From positions 2,112,001 through 2,176,000 of the forward strand of contig OY970359.1 of NCBI GenBank assembly GCA_963718665.1: a stretch of 64,000 bases of DNA, given 5' to 3'. This document shows, piece by piece, positions 19,648 through 30,490 of the stretch (positions are counted from its first letter, which is position 1; each line of letters begins with the position of its first letter). The notes beneath the pieces are model-generated. The model was not told where the DNA came from. It saw only the letters and a program-made list of their open reading frames with translations, and did not search any database. Both the position numbers and the translations under genes were made by a program. Origin of the DNA: an uncultured Phycisphaerales bacterium (GTDB taxonomy: Bacteria; Planctomycetota; Phycisphaerae; Sedimentisphaerales; Anaerobacaceae).

Positions 19648-22011
19648 TTAAGAGCCGCCTTGTTGCAGCCATTCATTAGCGAGCGTTGCGAAATCAGCGA
19701 AGTCAATCGAGCCATCTCTGTTGAAATCGGCATTGCCGCACCAGCTTGGCTGAGTGCAGACGTCCAGCCAGTGTGAGGCCAAGGCGGCAAGGTCATAGAT
19801 ATTGACAAGACAATCTCCGATACCTGCTCCCTGGGCACTTGCGATATCTGCGGAGGGGCAGTTGATATTACCGCAGTCCGATAACCCGTATATGTTGGAC
19901 CAGTCCTGCTGGTTCATATCGGGAAGAATTCCGCCAAGAGTTGCATCGTTATTCAACCCGTGCCCAAATGTGCAGGATATTGGCTTGTTGTTGGCGTCAA
20001 ACGCCGGCAGAAGGTCCCTCGGATTCACCGGATTGGGATACCGGCTTGACCCGCCGAACACGGGATTCGGGTCTAATCGTCCATAAACGGTCTGTGTGCC
20101 GACGAGCGTCGCACTAAGCCCAGAAACAGTGACCACATTCGTCATATCCGGGGGTATTAACCGCGCATTGTCTAAATAGAACTTTCCTGTTCCGGTTTCA
20201 TCTCCGTTGAGCGATAACTGCGCGGAGATGATAATCTGGAACCACGTCGCATTCGTCAAATCATAGTCCGAAATGACAAGACTGTATGTCTTGGAGGCAC
20301 CATCTGATGCCTGCCAATCCAAACCGGTTAATACATCGGTCTTCTTCTTCCCCTTTCTGTTTACTGCTGTGGCAGTGGTCCACTCTTTCCAGCCACCAGA
20401 ACCAGGACCATTCTGATTGACGTCGCTATTTAAGGCAATTTTATCAGCGACCTTGACCCAGGTATTTCCATCGGCGAAGTCCGTGGGTAACGCCGTCAAG
20501 TCAAACATAAGCGTATAGCCAGCCAGTGAGGTGGGCAGTTCATCCAATGATGGCGCATCCCACTGAAGAATCCAGTATTTACCAGTCCACTGTACACCGA
20601 GCGAGCCGCTGCCAAGCGTGACCCCGACTGTGCTGGATTGAGTAAGAACGGGAGAATCATCGAACCCCGGGACCCAGCCATCGTTGCTGTCGGGACTTTC
20701 CCAGTTGCCGCACAACAACGGACAGCACTGCTCACCCCAGTAGTAGTAGTTGAGTTCCCCATTTGTTATATTGTTGCCGTCGCTGCTCAATGTTCCATCA
20801 AAATATCCACCTCTATCCTCTGTTGGGGAAGATTCGTATTTGAAGTCCATTTCAAGGTCGCCTCTACTTCCGTCAAAGCTATCGACTTCCCAAGTTTCCC
20901 ACGGTGGGGTGACAGTGTTGTCGTCGAACGTCAGCATCCCTGTGTGCCCTGCGTTGACGTGGCCCTCCTCATCAAAAGGTTCACAAACCAGCACAAGTTG
21001 TCCCACAGGTGCCGAATTGTGATATACGCGATATGTTTTTGTTATCTCCAGCGGGTATGATGCCACCGTGTTATTTGTCAGAGAGTCCCTGAAAACTCCC
21101 AATTGAGTGTCCAAAAACTGCGCATCAGCCATACTGTTGGGGTCGATATAGAGCAGGTGCTGGTCATTGGCTTCGGATATGATATAGTTGATACATGTGA
21201 AGTAATAGTTTATCGCGGTTATCAGGTCTTGTTTTGACTGCGCCAGGACCGAATTGCCATCCGGCAGGACCTTCAGCAGATTCGCATAGCGTTCGAGAAA
21301 ATCTCCATTTATATTGAACTTGACGTTGGGTTCTTCGCCGCAAAAGGTGCTGTTTATTAACTCTTCCACTTTCGGGTCATTGGTATCGATGGCCAAATTG
21401 TATGCCTGCCTGAATTCCAGTTGGCTTTTCAGTGCCGCCAGCATCCCCTGGAGAATCAGTACCTCACCGTAATCGACTATCACTGTTTTGTTCAGACCTG
21501 TTTCACTCGGCTCCAAGAATATCTCGAAACGGTCGGTGGGTGAATCGCTGATAGAATTTAATTCCGCGATGATATCGTTTATTTCAGGGATTATCGAGCT
21601 TTGTATTCTCTGTGAGACCTCATTTGCGTCCGGTGCCCAGGCCGGTATCTCGTAACAACTGCCGGATTTCAAAACGTTGACCTTGAGTTCGGCAAAGTAA
21701 TCCCCGACTATGGTTACGCCAAACTCGTTGGCAATATTGATAAAATTGTTGACATCGCCGTTTTCGATAAACAACATAGCCGTTTTGGTCGCTGCGTGCA
21801 AAAACACAAGTTCGCTGTCGCTGGCGCAGATGCTTTTCTGCATTCCTTGATCGAGGATATAATACGCCTCGTGCACGCCGGATAATGTGCCGCTGAATAA
21901 TTCCCACTCAGCCGGCACAGTATAATCGTCGTGGCAGTTGGAGTCGGCAGCCGCAACGTTGGCCAAACAAAAGATAACCGATGCGATAATGGTCCAGACA
22001 TTTTTAGACAT
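19648..22011 (-). CDS. secreted protein with internal carbohydrate-binding-like module and C-terminal dockerin/EF-hand-like repeats
   Basis: Signal peptide; GNWES...FYLDNARL module; C-terminal ADFNRDGSIDFADFATLANEWL. Confidence 0.7.
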   Translation of the reverse strand: MSKNVWTIIASVIFCLANVAAADSNCHDDYTVPAEWELFSGTLSGVHEAYYILDQGMQKSICASDSELVFLHAATKTAMLFIENGDVNNFINIANEFGVTIVGDYFAELKVNVLKSGSCYEIPAWAPDANEVSQRIQSSIIPEINDIIAELNSISDSPTDRFEIFLEPSETGLNKTVIVDYGEVLILQGMLAALKSQLEFRQAYNLAIDTNDPKVEELINSTFCGEEPNVKFNINGDFLERYANLLKVLPDGNSVLAQSKQDLITAINYYFTCINYIISEANDQHLLYIDPNSMADAQFLDTQLGVFRDSLTNNTVASYPLEITKTYRVYHNSAPVGQLVLVCEPFDEEGHVNAGHTGMLTFDDNTVTPPWETWEVDSFDGSRGDLEMDFKYESSPTEDRGGYFDGTLSSDGNNITNGELNYYYWGEQCCPLLCGNWESPDSNDGWVPGFDDSPVLTQSSTVGVTLGSGSLGVQWTGKYWILQWDAPSLDELPTSLAGYTLMFDLTALPTDFADGNTWVKVADKIALNSDVNQNGPGSGGWKEWTTATAVNRKGKKKTDVLTGLDWQASDGASKTYSLVISDYDLTNATWFQIIISAQLSLNGDETGTGKFYLDNARLIPPDMTNVVTVSGLSATLVGTQTVYGRLDPNPVFGGSSRYPNPVNPRDLLPAFDANNKPISCTFGHGLNNDATLGGILPDMNQQDWSNIYGLSDCGNINCPSADIASAQGAGIGDCLVNIYDLAALASHWLDVCTQPSWCGNADFNRDGSIDFADFATLANEWLQQGGS

Positions 22012-22029
22012 TTTTTGTGTCCTCCTCTT

Positions 22030-22815
22030 TTATTTTTTAGCAATTTTTATGTCAGTTGCATTCAGGTTACTATCAACACGAATACCTTTGCCTGCGATTC
22101 GACTTTCGCCCCGGCGAAGGAAATATGTTCCGTCAGCAGTAAAACTTTGCCTGTGGGTATCCCATATAATGTGATTGCTCTCAAGGGTTGCGCCGTCGGC
22201 AGCGGTTATAATGACGTGGCCTCGCAGGTTTACCAGCGGCCAGTTCGAATTCACGATTGCCCGCCTGCACTGAACCGCCTGTCGCAAACTGCTGTCGTCG
22301 AGTATACGGCAATCGAGATTATTTATTGTGATTTCGATAACATTGCTCAAATCTATATTTAAGCCCCAGTTATTGTGTGTGTCGGATAACCGACGGAAGA
22401 TGCCGCTAAAACCATTGTCGCTTGGAGTTACCTCTTCGGAAAGAGCATTGCCCGGCAGGGCCGTTATCTCGGAAAGGCCTGAATTTTCACAAAAACTAAG
22501 TTGAAGGTCTTTAACTTCTATTGTTCTTGCTGCCGCAGTCCTGAAAATGCCCACAGGTGCGTTTTGCGAGAGAACCGTCCCGCAACTGACAGCGAAACGC
22601 AATTTATTGGTGTTGGGGTCATAGCGATAGTAAGCGAGTCCGGCAAGCTGGTTTTCGGGTGGTAACGTGGTAAGCGACTGAGATTGATAAAAACTTAAAT
22701 ATGGCTTTAAGCTGCTGTGACTGATACAGACAACCACCAATGCTGCCTCGATGATTATCAAAAATGCAAGAACAGCATATCTTCTGCGTATTCGGATTTT
22801 TGCATAAGAGAGCAA
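22030..22815 (-). CDS. membrane-anchored protein with LptC-like C-terminal region
   Basis: TTG start at 22815 after AGGAGG; basic N-terminus plus TM; LRGHVIITAADGATLESNHIIWD; promoter TTGACA-N18-TATGCT at 22929-22900 argues against the longer track start. Confidence 0.55.
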   Translation of the reverse strand: MLSYAKIRIRRRYAVLAFLIIIEAALVVVCISHSSLKPYLSFYQSQSLTTLPPENQLAGLAYYRYDPNTNKLRFAVSCGTVLSQNAPVGIFRTAAARTIEVKDLQLSFCENSGLSEITALPGNALSEEVTPSDNGFSGIFRRLSDTHNNWGLNIDLSNVIEITINNLDCRILDDSSLRQAVQCRRAIVNSNWPLVNLRGHVIITAADGATLESNHIIWDTHRQSFTADGTYFLRRGESRIAGKGIRVDSNLNATDIKIAKK

Positions 22816-23071
22816 ACTTACCTCCTGCCCTACGGTCTGTGTAATATACCGGGGATTTCTGCAATTCACCCTTTGCTCCCAGCTTACCAAACCATTTATA
22901 GCATAATGCAAGCCGGATGTATTTGTCAAGGGTAAAATTTGGGACTTTGCTTGGGAAGAAGAAGGGCGGATTTATCGCTTGCTTTGGGGGTGGGGATAGT
23001 GTCTAATTATAAGGGGTTTTGGGAATAACGATAGTTTTTAGCCGATCAAAACATTGGAGATATGCAAGAAT

Positions 23072-23698
23072 ATGGCTGACCTAAAAGCTTTGGCTGAGGC
23101 AGTGATAAAGGGCGACCCAAACGCGGCGGTAACAATAACCAAGCAGGCGATAGCGGAGAAAATGCCGGCGGGTGACATTCTCAAAAATGGTTTGATAGCC
23201 GGTATGGATGTTGTCGGCGTCAGGTTCAAGAGCAACGAGATTTATATACCTGAAGTTCTGATTGCTGCCCGCGCTATGAAAATGGCGATGCAGGTTTTGG
23301 AGCCGGAATTAGTCAAGGCGGGCGTCAAGCCGGTCGGCAAATTTGTGGTAGGCACTGTCCAGGGGGACCTGCACGACATCGGCAAAAATCTTGTCGCGAT
23401 GATGATGAAAGGCGCCGGTTTTGAGGTAATCGACCTGGGCGTTGACGTAACGTCTGAAAAATTCGTCGAGAAGGCCAAAGTGACCGGGGCGCAGCTTGTT
23501 GGTATGAGCACGTTGCTTACGACGACTATGCCTAAGATGGAAAAGACACTGAAAGAGCTTAGAAACGCCGGTCTTAAGACAAAGGTGATGATTGGCGGAG
23601 CGCCGGTGACGCAGAATTACGCCGATAAAATTGGCGCTGACGGTTACGCGGCGGATGCGGCGACTGCGGTGGATGTTGCAAAACGGCTGATTGCCTGA
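23072..23698 (+). CDS. corrinoid (B12-binding) methyltransferase cognate protein
   Basis: GTVQGDLHDIGKNLV (DxHxxG), STLLTTTM, IGGAPVT. Confidence 0.92.
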   Translation: MADLKALAEAVIKGDPNAAVTITKQAIAEKMPAGDILKNGLIAGMDVVGVRFKSNEIYIPEVLIAARAMKMAMQVLEPELVKAGVKPVGKFVVGTVQGDLHDIGKNLVAMMMKGAGFEVIDLGVDVTSEKFVEKAKVTGAQLVGMSTLLTTTMPKMEKTLKELRNAGLKTKVMIGGAPVTQNYADKIGADGYAADAATAVDVAKRLIA

Positions 23699-23818
23699 GC
23701 GATTAAATGTTGTTTTAGATATCAAAGCAGTCCCGGTTTATGGGGCTGCTTTTTTATGCGCAGAGTGGTAAAATCGTAAGTAGTAACAGCGGACATTTTG
23801 TCCCGTAGTGAAAAGAAT

Positions 23819-25435
23819 ATGAGAAAGATAAAAAACGAGGACTTGGCAGGGCTTTTGATGCAGATTAAATTTGCCCCGGCCAAACAACGGCGAAAGCAGC
23901 TCGACAGGGCCGAAGAGCTTCTCGACATAATCGAGAAGGACAAGGAATACCCATTCGAGTTCGTTTGTTACAGGATTACGGGATACAGGCCTGAAGATGC
24001 GGCAGGGCATAGGCTTATAAGGGGTGATGAGCTGGCGGATGACCTGCAGATTTTTATATGGAAGCTGAGCGGCCAGGTTGCACCGCCCGCCAATGAGCAG
24101 AGCGAGGAAGTTTACACCAAAAAACAGCTTGCCAAAAAGATGCACATTTCAACCAAGACCATTGATAGGTGGAGAAAACGAGGTCTGAAGGTTCGCAAGT
24201 ATCTTTGCGAGGACAAGAGGAAACGACTCGGTTTTTTGCAGTCGGTAGTGGATAAATTTCTGGTCGAACATCCCGCCCTGGCTGAAAAGGCGGGACATTT
24301 TTCCCGTGTATCCGAGAGCCAGAAGCAAAAGATAATGGAACGTGCCTGTGAGTTGAGCAGCGAGACGAAAATGAGCAGGCAGCGGATAATACGACAGATA
24401 GCAACCGAGACGGGCAGGGGACAGGAAACGATACGATATATTTTATTGAACTATCAGAAGTCGATTCCGGGTGGTGGCGCGGCAAAATTACGACAAACAG
24501 CACGATTGCTAAGCCCAGCCGAGGCGGTGGAGCTTGACCGATTGCACAAACAGGGGGCGGGCGTAAAAGAGCTTATGGGGCGTTTCGGCAGAAGCAGAAG
24601 CTCGATATACAGGATATTAAAGCATCGCAGGGCGCAATCACTGCTGGCAAAAAGAATTGAATATATCGCAAGCGATGAGTTTACTATGCCCGGTGCGGTG
24701 GAAAAAATTCTGGGCGGCTCGCCACAACGGGGACATTCACCTGTACTTAATCGGCAGGAGGAAATGGAGCTTTTCAGAAAGTACAACTTTCTTAAATATC
24801 GCGCTGGTGTTATCAGAGAGCAGATAAGAGCCGGGCGTATTACCAGCGCTAGGCTTGATGAGATTGAAAAATGCCTCGCAGGGGCGGAGGCGGCCAAAAA
24901 GATAATCATCGAAGCGAATCTGCGATTAGTCGTTAGTATCGCCAATAAGCACACCATTACCGGCGCCAATATCAGTGATTTGGTCAGCCAGGGCAATGTG
25001 TCGCTGATTAAAGCGGCTGAAAAATTCGATTACACAAAAGGTTTCAGGTTTTCGACGTATGCGAGCTGGGCAATCAGCAAGGATTTTGCTCACAGGATAC
25101 CCGGCCAAAAGGCCGGGGCCGACAGGATGACGGCTGATATAAACGAGTTTCAGAAGGAATCCAAAATCGGGCAGAAAGATTTGGCGGCAGTGGAAAGGGC
25201 GAGGAGCGACCTTATCCAGGTCATACGGGATGAGCTTGAGAAACGAGAACAGTATGTAATCATTAACCATTTTGGGCTTGAGGGGACGTTAGTCAAAAAG
25301 AACAAAAAGACGCTGAAACAAATCGGCGACGATTTAGGCCTGAGCAAAGAGCGGGTGCGTCAAATCGAACTTAGCGGTCTGCAAAAGCTCAGGCAATCGC
25401 TAAGCCCGGAACTATTTGACCTGCTTACCAGCTGA
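23819..25435 (+). CDS. sigma-70 family factor with long N-terminal multi-HTH extension
   Basis: ANLRLVVSIA, FDYTKGFRFSTYASWAI (region 2), TLKQIGDDLGLSKERVRQIE (region 4); N-terminal ISTKTIDRWR HTH. Confidence 0.88.
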   Translation: MRKIKNEDLAGLLMQIKFAPAKQRRKQLDRAEELLDIIEKDKEYPFEFVCYRITGYRPEDAAGHRLIRGDELADDLQIFIWKLSGQVAPPANEQSEEVYTKKQLAKKMHISTKTIDRWRKRGLKVRKYLCEDKRKRLGFLQSVVDKFLVEHPALAEKAGHFSRVSESQKQKIMERACELSSETKMSRQRIIRQIATETGRGQETIRYILLNYQKSIPGGGAAKLRQTARLLSPAEAVELDRLHKQGAGVKELMGRFGRSRSSIYRILKHRRAQSLLAKRIEYIASDEFTMPGAVEKILGGSPQRGHSPVLNRQEEMELFRKYNFLKYRAGVIREQIRAGRITSARLDEIEKCLAGAEAAKKIIIEANLRLVVSIANKHTITGANISDLVSQGNVSLIKAAEKFDYTKGFRFSTYASWAISKDFAHRIPGQKAGADRMTADINEFQKESKIGQKDLAAVERARSDLIQVIRDELEKREQYVIINHFGLEGTLVKKNKKTLKQIGDDLGLSKERVRQIELSGLQKLRQSLSPELFDLLTS

Positions 25436-25842
25436 TGGCACACGCTAATTTGTTGTCGCAAAGCCATTATTGACAGGGGGTTACGCCTTATTTCTTGAAA
25501 AAATCAGCTCTTTATGGTAATCTTAATAAGAATAAGGCGTATTCGCATAATCGTCACAAATATTTTAGGGTGGTTTTCAGGGTCCTGCAACAATAATTGC
25601 TTTTTTGAGCCGACTATGAAGAATGTTCGCAAAGGACGGTTCAATTGCCATAATTGGTGGATATTAAGCAAAAAAAGGCGTTATTTTTTGAACGTATTAT
25701 GAAATATTTGGCAAAGTCAATAATAGACATCTATTGGGCAACGAATGGCATATCTTCTATAGTCAAATAAGCATTATACTATATGATACCATGCCTTAAA
25801 GCAGAGCATCGCCTGTATGAAAAATATTTTGAGGTAAATAAT

Positions 25843-28380
25843 ATGAAGCAGGTCATAATTTTGATCACAGTGGGAATTGTTTTTGTTTTCTGTTCCTCTG
25901 TTGGCGTGGCTAATATAAATGTTACGTATAACATCAATACCAACTCAACTCGAACACCCATCAGCAAATACATATACGGCACAAACTTTTACATGGACAC
26001 GGATTACACCATTCAAAGAATCGGCGGAAACCGCTGCACCGCCTATAACTGGGAAAACAACTGGTCCAATGCCGGCAGCGACTATTATTTTGAAAACGAC
26101 ACGATGTGGGATTCATCGAATCCCCCGGTACCCGGCCTGGGCTATACTAAACTCATCGACCAGTCTAATTCAGTTAACCAGGACTCTATAGTAACCCTGC
26201 AATTGGCAGGTTACGTTTCCGCTCCAGTCTCTGGGATGGATTTGAATGCCTTCCCTGCTCCATCGCAGTATTTTTATCCCGTTCAATTCGCCAAAGGCGC
26301 TCCATTCTGCAGTCCGCCGAACAATCCAAACACTTCCGATGGCGTTGTTTATATGGATGAATTCGTGAATTTTCTCGTTTGGAAATATGGTTATGCAGGC
26401 ACTCCGACCGGAGTCAAATTCTACTCTTTGGATAATGAGGTTGACATTTGGAATGCAACTCATTACGAAGTTCATCCGGCACATCCCTTATGCCAGGAAA
26501 TTAGAGACAAAGGCGTTGCTTGTGCGACAGCAGTCAAAAATGTTGACCCCAATGCCCAAATAACGGGACCTGTCCTTTGCGTGTTCACGGGGTTCCTAAA
26601 TCTGTGCGGTGCATCCGACTGGTCAAGCGTGCAAGGAAGCCGGCCCTGGTTCATAAGTTATTATCTTGATGAAATGAAAAAGGCGTCGGATGCCAATGGA
26701 AGAAGGCTCCTCGATGTTCTTGATGTTCACTGGTATCCCCCGGAGGATGACGGCAACGGCCATGGTATTTGTACCGACGGTCTTAACGATGCGCGACTGT
26801 TTAACGCAAGAATGCAGGCGCCGAGAACCTTATGGGACACAAGTTATGTTTATCCAAATAATACATATCCTAATGGCGGTTCAAGCTGGGTAAACCAATC
26901 GTATTCGGCGCAATTTTTGCCGATTCTCACAAGATTTAAATCTGACATACAGACTTACTTTCCGGACACCAATATAGGAATCTCGGAATATACCTGGGGC
27001 CCTTCTGAGCAATGGGCAACCGGTATTACCACAGCGGATTTCTTAGGTATTTGCGGCAAGTATGGCGTATATATGACTAATTACTGGGGAAGTGGCGGCT
27101 ATATTGACACAGCGATACAAATGTACAGGAATTACGACGGTCTCCATTCGACTTTCGGTGATACCAACGTTCCTGCGACTATGTCAGATAAGGTGAACAG
27201 CTCTATTTACGCCGCTGTATTCGCAAGCAATGCTAATGAGCTTCATCTTATAGTTATCAATAAAAGCCAAACTGACAATATCACCGGGACATTCAATATC
27301 AACAGTCCGCAAAACTTCTTGGCCGGCAGGGTCTGGAAATTCGATAACACCAGTTCAACCATTTCGGAAACCACCGCAATCAACACCATCACAAATAACT
27401 CGTTCACTTATACCATCCCTGCGATGACTGTTTGCCATATTGTGCTTCAGGTAACCCCGCTAAACGTTTCCATAACTTCGCCTCTCGACGGCGATAGATT
27501 TACATCGGGAAGCGACATTGTCATTGAGGCAAATGCTTCCGCTGTTAACGGCTTCGTAACAAAAGTGGAATTCTTCCAGGGTTCGACAAAACTGGGTGAA
27601 GCTACAGAACCACCGTATTCTTATACGTGGAACGATGTCAACTTGGGCCGATACAGTTTGACCGCACGAGCAACGGATAATAATAACGGGACAACTACCT
27701 CAACGGCAGTAAATATCAATGTTGTCAGCGGCGATGCCACCGGCTTTATTCTTCGCGAATGGTGGACCGGAATCTCCGGAACGGCAGTGAGCAACCTGAC
27801 TTCAGACATAAATTATCCGACGAACCCAAATGGACGGGCATTGATTACCTCACTGGAAGGGCCGACAAACTGGGCGGATAATTACGGGACACGTATTCGC
27901 GGGTATCTGTATCCGCCGGCCACCGGCAGTTACACATTCTGGATTGCTGCCGATGATGCTGGCGAATTGTGGTTGAGCACGGATACCGACCCGAATCACA
28001 AAAGCAAAATTGCCTATACACTGAGCTGGACAAATGCATACCAGTGGAATGAGTACTCGTCGCAGCAATCATCGCCGGTTTCGCTTGTTGCCGGCCAAAG
28101 CTACTATATCGAGGCGTTGCACAAGGAAAATACCGGCGGTGATAATATTGCGGTTGCCTGGCAGGGACCAGGTATAACACAACAGGTAATTGATGGAGTA
28201 TATCTATCACCTTATTTATATAATTTCCAAGATTACTCAACTTTTGCCGGCCAGTGGCTTAAAACTAATTGCAATCGGTCCAATGCATGGTGCAGCGGCG
28301 CCGACCGTGACCGTGACGGCAGTGTACAAATAGATGACCTGATGATATTTGCCGAATGGTGGCTTTATGACAGTGAATAA
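25843..28380 (+). CDS. secreted GH44 endoglucanase/xyloglucanase with Ig-like, PA14 and dockerin-like domains
   Basis: RIGGNRCTAYNWENNWSNAGSD, YSLDNE, LLDVLDVHWYP, ISEY; PA14 (NYGTRIRGYL, ADDAGELWL); ATG 25843 after GAGG. Confidence 0.9.
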   Translation: MKQVIILITVGIVFVFCSSVGVANINVTYNINTNSTRTPISKYIYGTNFYMDTDYTIQRIGGNRCTAYNWENNWSNAGSDYYFENDTMWDSSNPPVPGLGYTKLIDQSNSVNQDSIVTLQLAGYVSAPVSGMDLNAFPAPSQYFYPVQFAKGAPFCSPPNNPNTSDGVVYMDEFVNFLVWKYGYAGTPTGVKFYSLDNEVDIWNATHYEVHPAHPLCQEIRDKGVACATAVKNVDPNAQITGPVLCVFTGFLNLCGASDWSSVQGSRPWFISYYLDEMKKASDANGRRLLDVLDVHWYPPEDDGNGHGICTDGLNDARLFNARMQAPRTLWDTSYVYPNNTYPNGGSSWVNQSYSAQFLPILTRFKSDIQTYFPDTNIGISEYTWGPSEQWATGITTADFLGICGKYGVYMTNYWGSGGYIDTAIQMYRNYDGLHSTFGDTNVPATMSDKVNSSIYAAVFASNANELHLIVINKSQTDNITGTFNINSPQNFLAGRVWKFDNTSSTISETTAINTITNNSFTYTIPAMTVCHIVLQVTPLNVSITSPLDGDRFTSGSDIVIEANASAVNGFVTKVEFFQGSTKLGEATEPPYSYTWNDVNLGRYSLTARATDNNNGTTTSTAVNINVVSGDATGFILREWWTGISGTAVSNLTSDINYPTNPNGRALITSLEGPTNWADNYGTRIRGYLYPPATGSYTFWIAADDAGELWLSTDTDPNHKSKIAYTLSWTNAYQWNEYSSQQSSPVSLVAGQSYYIEALHKENTGGDNIAVAWQGPGITQQVIDGVYLSPYLYNFQDYSTFAGQWLKTNCNRSNAWCSGADRDRDGSVQIDDLMIFAEWWLYDSE

Positions 28381-28450
28381 GCCGGTAAAGGTTAGTTGAT
28401 TGCAAATATAGGGGCCGCAAATTATTTTGTGGCCCTTTTTATTTTGGCGA

Positions 28451-29758
28451 TTACTCGTGTCGGAGGGATTCGATTGGGTCCATATTGGCGGCCCGATAAG
28501 CCGGGTACAGGCCGAAAGCGATTCCAACTGCGCCCGATATGCCGAATGAGAGTAAAAGCGACATGGCGGTGATTACGGTCGGCATATTGCCGAAATGAGT
28601 TACGAAGAAAGGTATAGTGCAGCCGAAGAAGATACCGAGTATCCCGCCGGCAAAGGTCAAAAGCAGGGTCTCTGAGAGAAACTGGAAGATGATATCTTTC
28701 TTTCTTGCACCAAGCGCCCTGCGGATGCCGATTTCACGCGTTCGTTCGCTGACGGTTGCGAGCATTATATTCATAATTCCTATGCCGCCTACGAGAAGCG
28801 AGATTGCGGCGATGGAGCCAAGAACGATGCTGAAGATTCGCTGTGTGCGTTTTGCCTGTTCCAGAAGTTCGAGGGGCACGGTTAATTCATAGTCGTTTTT
28901 TTTATGGAATCTTTCGAGAATGGTCTGGAGGATATCGCGGGTGGGCAAAACGAAGTCGGCGTTGGCGACTTTGACAATGATTTCCTGCAGCTCAACTTTT
29001 TCGACGCTTGCGCCGCTTTGCCCTGATATTTTGACGGACATCTCGCCGAAACGATTTTTAACGGTTGTCAGCGGAATGTAAACATTTCCCGCGTTTGCGC
29101 CGGCTTGTTTTTTTGATGCCTCGGCGTCTTTTGCTTGCTGTTGCTCTGAAGATGCTGCGATGGGCTGCGGGCTTACGATGCCTACGACGGAATAATAGTC
29201 GCTTCCGATTTTGATAAACTGTCCGCGGGGGTCGTCGAATTTAAACAGTTCGTTCATAACTCTTTCGTCGATGACACAGATATCCTGTTTGTAATCCATA
29301 TCGTAGCTGGAGAGGAACCTGCCCATTACCAGCCGGATGGGGGATGTTTCGAGATGCCAGGGGACAGTGCCTATGACTTCGACGGGGATTTTGCGGTTTC
29401 GATACCAGGCCTGATGCGCAACGCGCCGGACTGGGACAATAACTTGTATCCCGGGAATGCTGTTTCGGAAACGTTCGGCGTCATCGTACGTAAGGCCGTA
29501 TTCCTGCAAGCTTTGCTGCTGGCCTGTGGCGTGCTGGTCTTCGGGGGGCTGAATAGTTTTGACGATGATATTGAGCGAGCCGAGTCGCGCGATTTGTGCC
29601 ATTGCGTCTCTGCTTGCGCCTTCGCCGATGGCGAGCATCGCGATAACTGATGCGACGCCGAATATGATACCAAGAGCGGTAAGCGTAGAACGAAGACGAT
29701 GAAGCCACAAACTCTTAATGCCAAGTTTCAGCGTTCTTTTGGTTCTATATAAGAACAT
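28451..29758 (-). CDS. MacB/FtsX-family ABC permease
   Basis: LRSTLTALGIIFGVASVIAM, GGIGIMNIMLATVSERTREIGIRRALGA. Confidence 0.93.
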   Translation of the reverse strand: MFLYRTKRTLKLGIKSLWLHRLRSTLTALGIIFGVASVIAMLAIGEGASRDAMAQIARLGSLNIIVKTIQPPEDQHATGQQQSLQEYGLTYDDAERFRNSIPGIQVIVPVRRVAHQAWYRNRKIPVEVIGTVPWHLETSPIRLVMGRFLSSYDMDYKQDICVIDERVMNELFKFDDPRGQFIKIGSDYYSVVGIVSPQPIAASSEQQQAKDAEASKKQAGANAGNVYIPLTTVKNRFGEMSVKISGQSGASVEKVELQEIIVKVANADFVLPTRDILQTILERFHKKNDYELTVPLELLEQAKRTQRIFSIVLGSIAAISLLVGGIGIMNIMLATVSERTREIGIRRALGARKKDIIFQFLSETLLLTFAGGILGIFFGCTIPFFVTHFGNMPTVITAMSLLLSFGISGAVGIAFGLYPAYRAANMDPIESLRHE

Positions 29759-29761
29759 ATA

Positions 29762-30490
29762 TCAGCGGTTATACCATTGTTTATCTATTCGCCCATCGAA
29801 CAGGCGTATTTCTCTTTGTGAATGTTTGGCGATATCCTCATCGTGTGTGATAACGATTAGGGTTTTCCCCTGCTGGTAAAGCATATCGAGTATATTAAGG
29901 ATGTCCCTGCCGCTCTGGCTGTCGAGGTTTCCCGTTGGTTCATCTGCCAGAACTATCAAGGGGTCGTTTGCCAGCGCCCTGGCGATAGCGACTCGCTGCT
30001 GCTGGCCGCCGCTTAGCTCCGACGGTCTGTGGTTGACGCGGTCGCCAAGCCCAACCATTTCAGCTAATTCTATTGCTCTGGCTTTGCTTTGATGTTCAGA
30101 CATACCCTGATAGAACATCGGGACTTCGATATTTTCAAGAATGTTCAGTTGCGAAATCAGGTTGAATGACTGGAAGACAAAGCCGATGTGCCTGCCGCGT
30201 ATTGCGGAAAGCTCGTTATCGTCGAGAGTTGAGACGTCATGGCCGCCGAGATAGTATTTCCCATTCGAAGGTCTATCCAAGCATCCAATGAGATTGAGCA
30301 GGGTTGATTTGCCTGAGCCGCTGGGGCCCATCACAGCAAGGTAGTCGCCTTTCTTTACGACAAGGTCGATTTCCCGCAGGACTTTAAGCTCGACGGCGCC
30401 AAGCTGATAGTTTTTGCAGAGTTTGTCAAAAACAAGGATAGAGCCATCGGCGGTAAAATCAAGGTTCCTGGCTGGAAGTTTGTCCATCAC
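29762..30490 (-). CDS. MacB/LolD-type ABC ATP-binding protein
   Basis: [34 protein letters not shown]. Confidence 0.93.
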   Translation of the reverse strand: MMDKLPARNLDFTADGSILVFDKLCKNYQLGAVELKVLREIDLVVKKGDYLAVMGPSGSGKSTLLNLIGCLDRPSNGKYYLGGHDVSTLDDNELSAIRGRHIGFVFQSFNLISQLNILENIEVPMFYQGMSEHQSKARAIELAEMVGLGDRVNHRPSELSGGQQQRVAIARALANDPLIVLADEPTGNLDSQSGRDILNILDMLYQQGKTLIVITHDEDIAKHSQREIRLFDGRIDKQWYNR

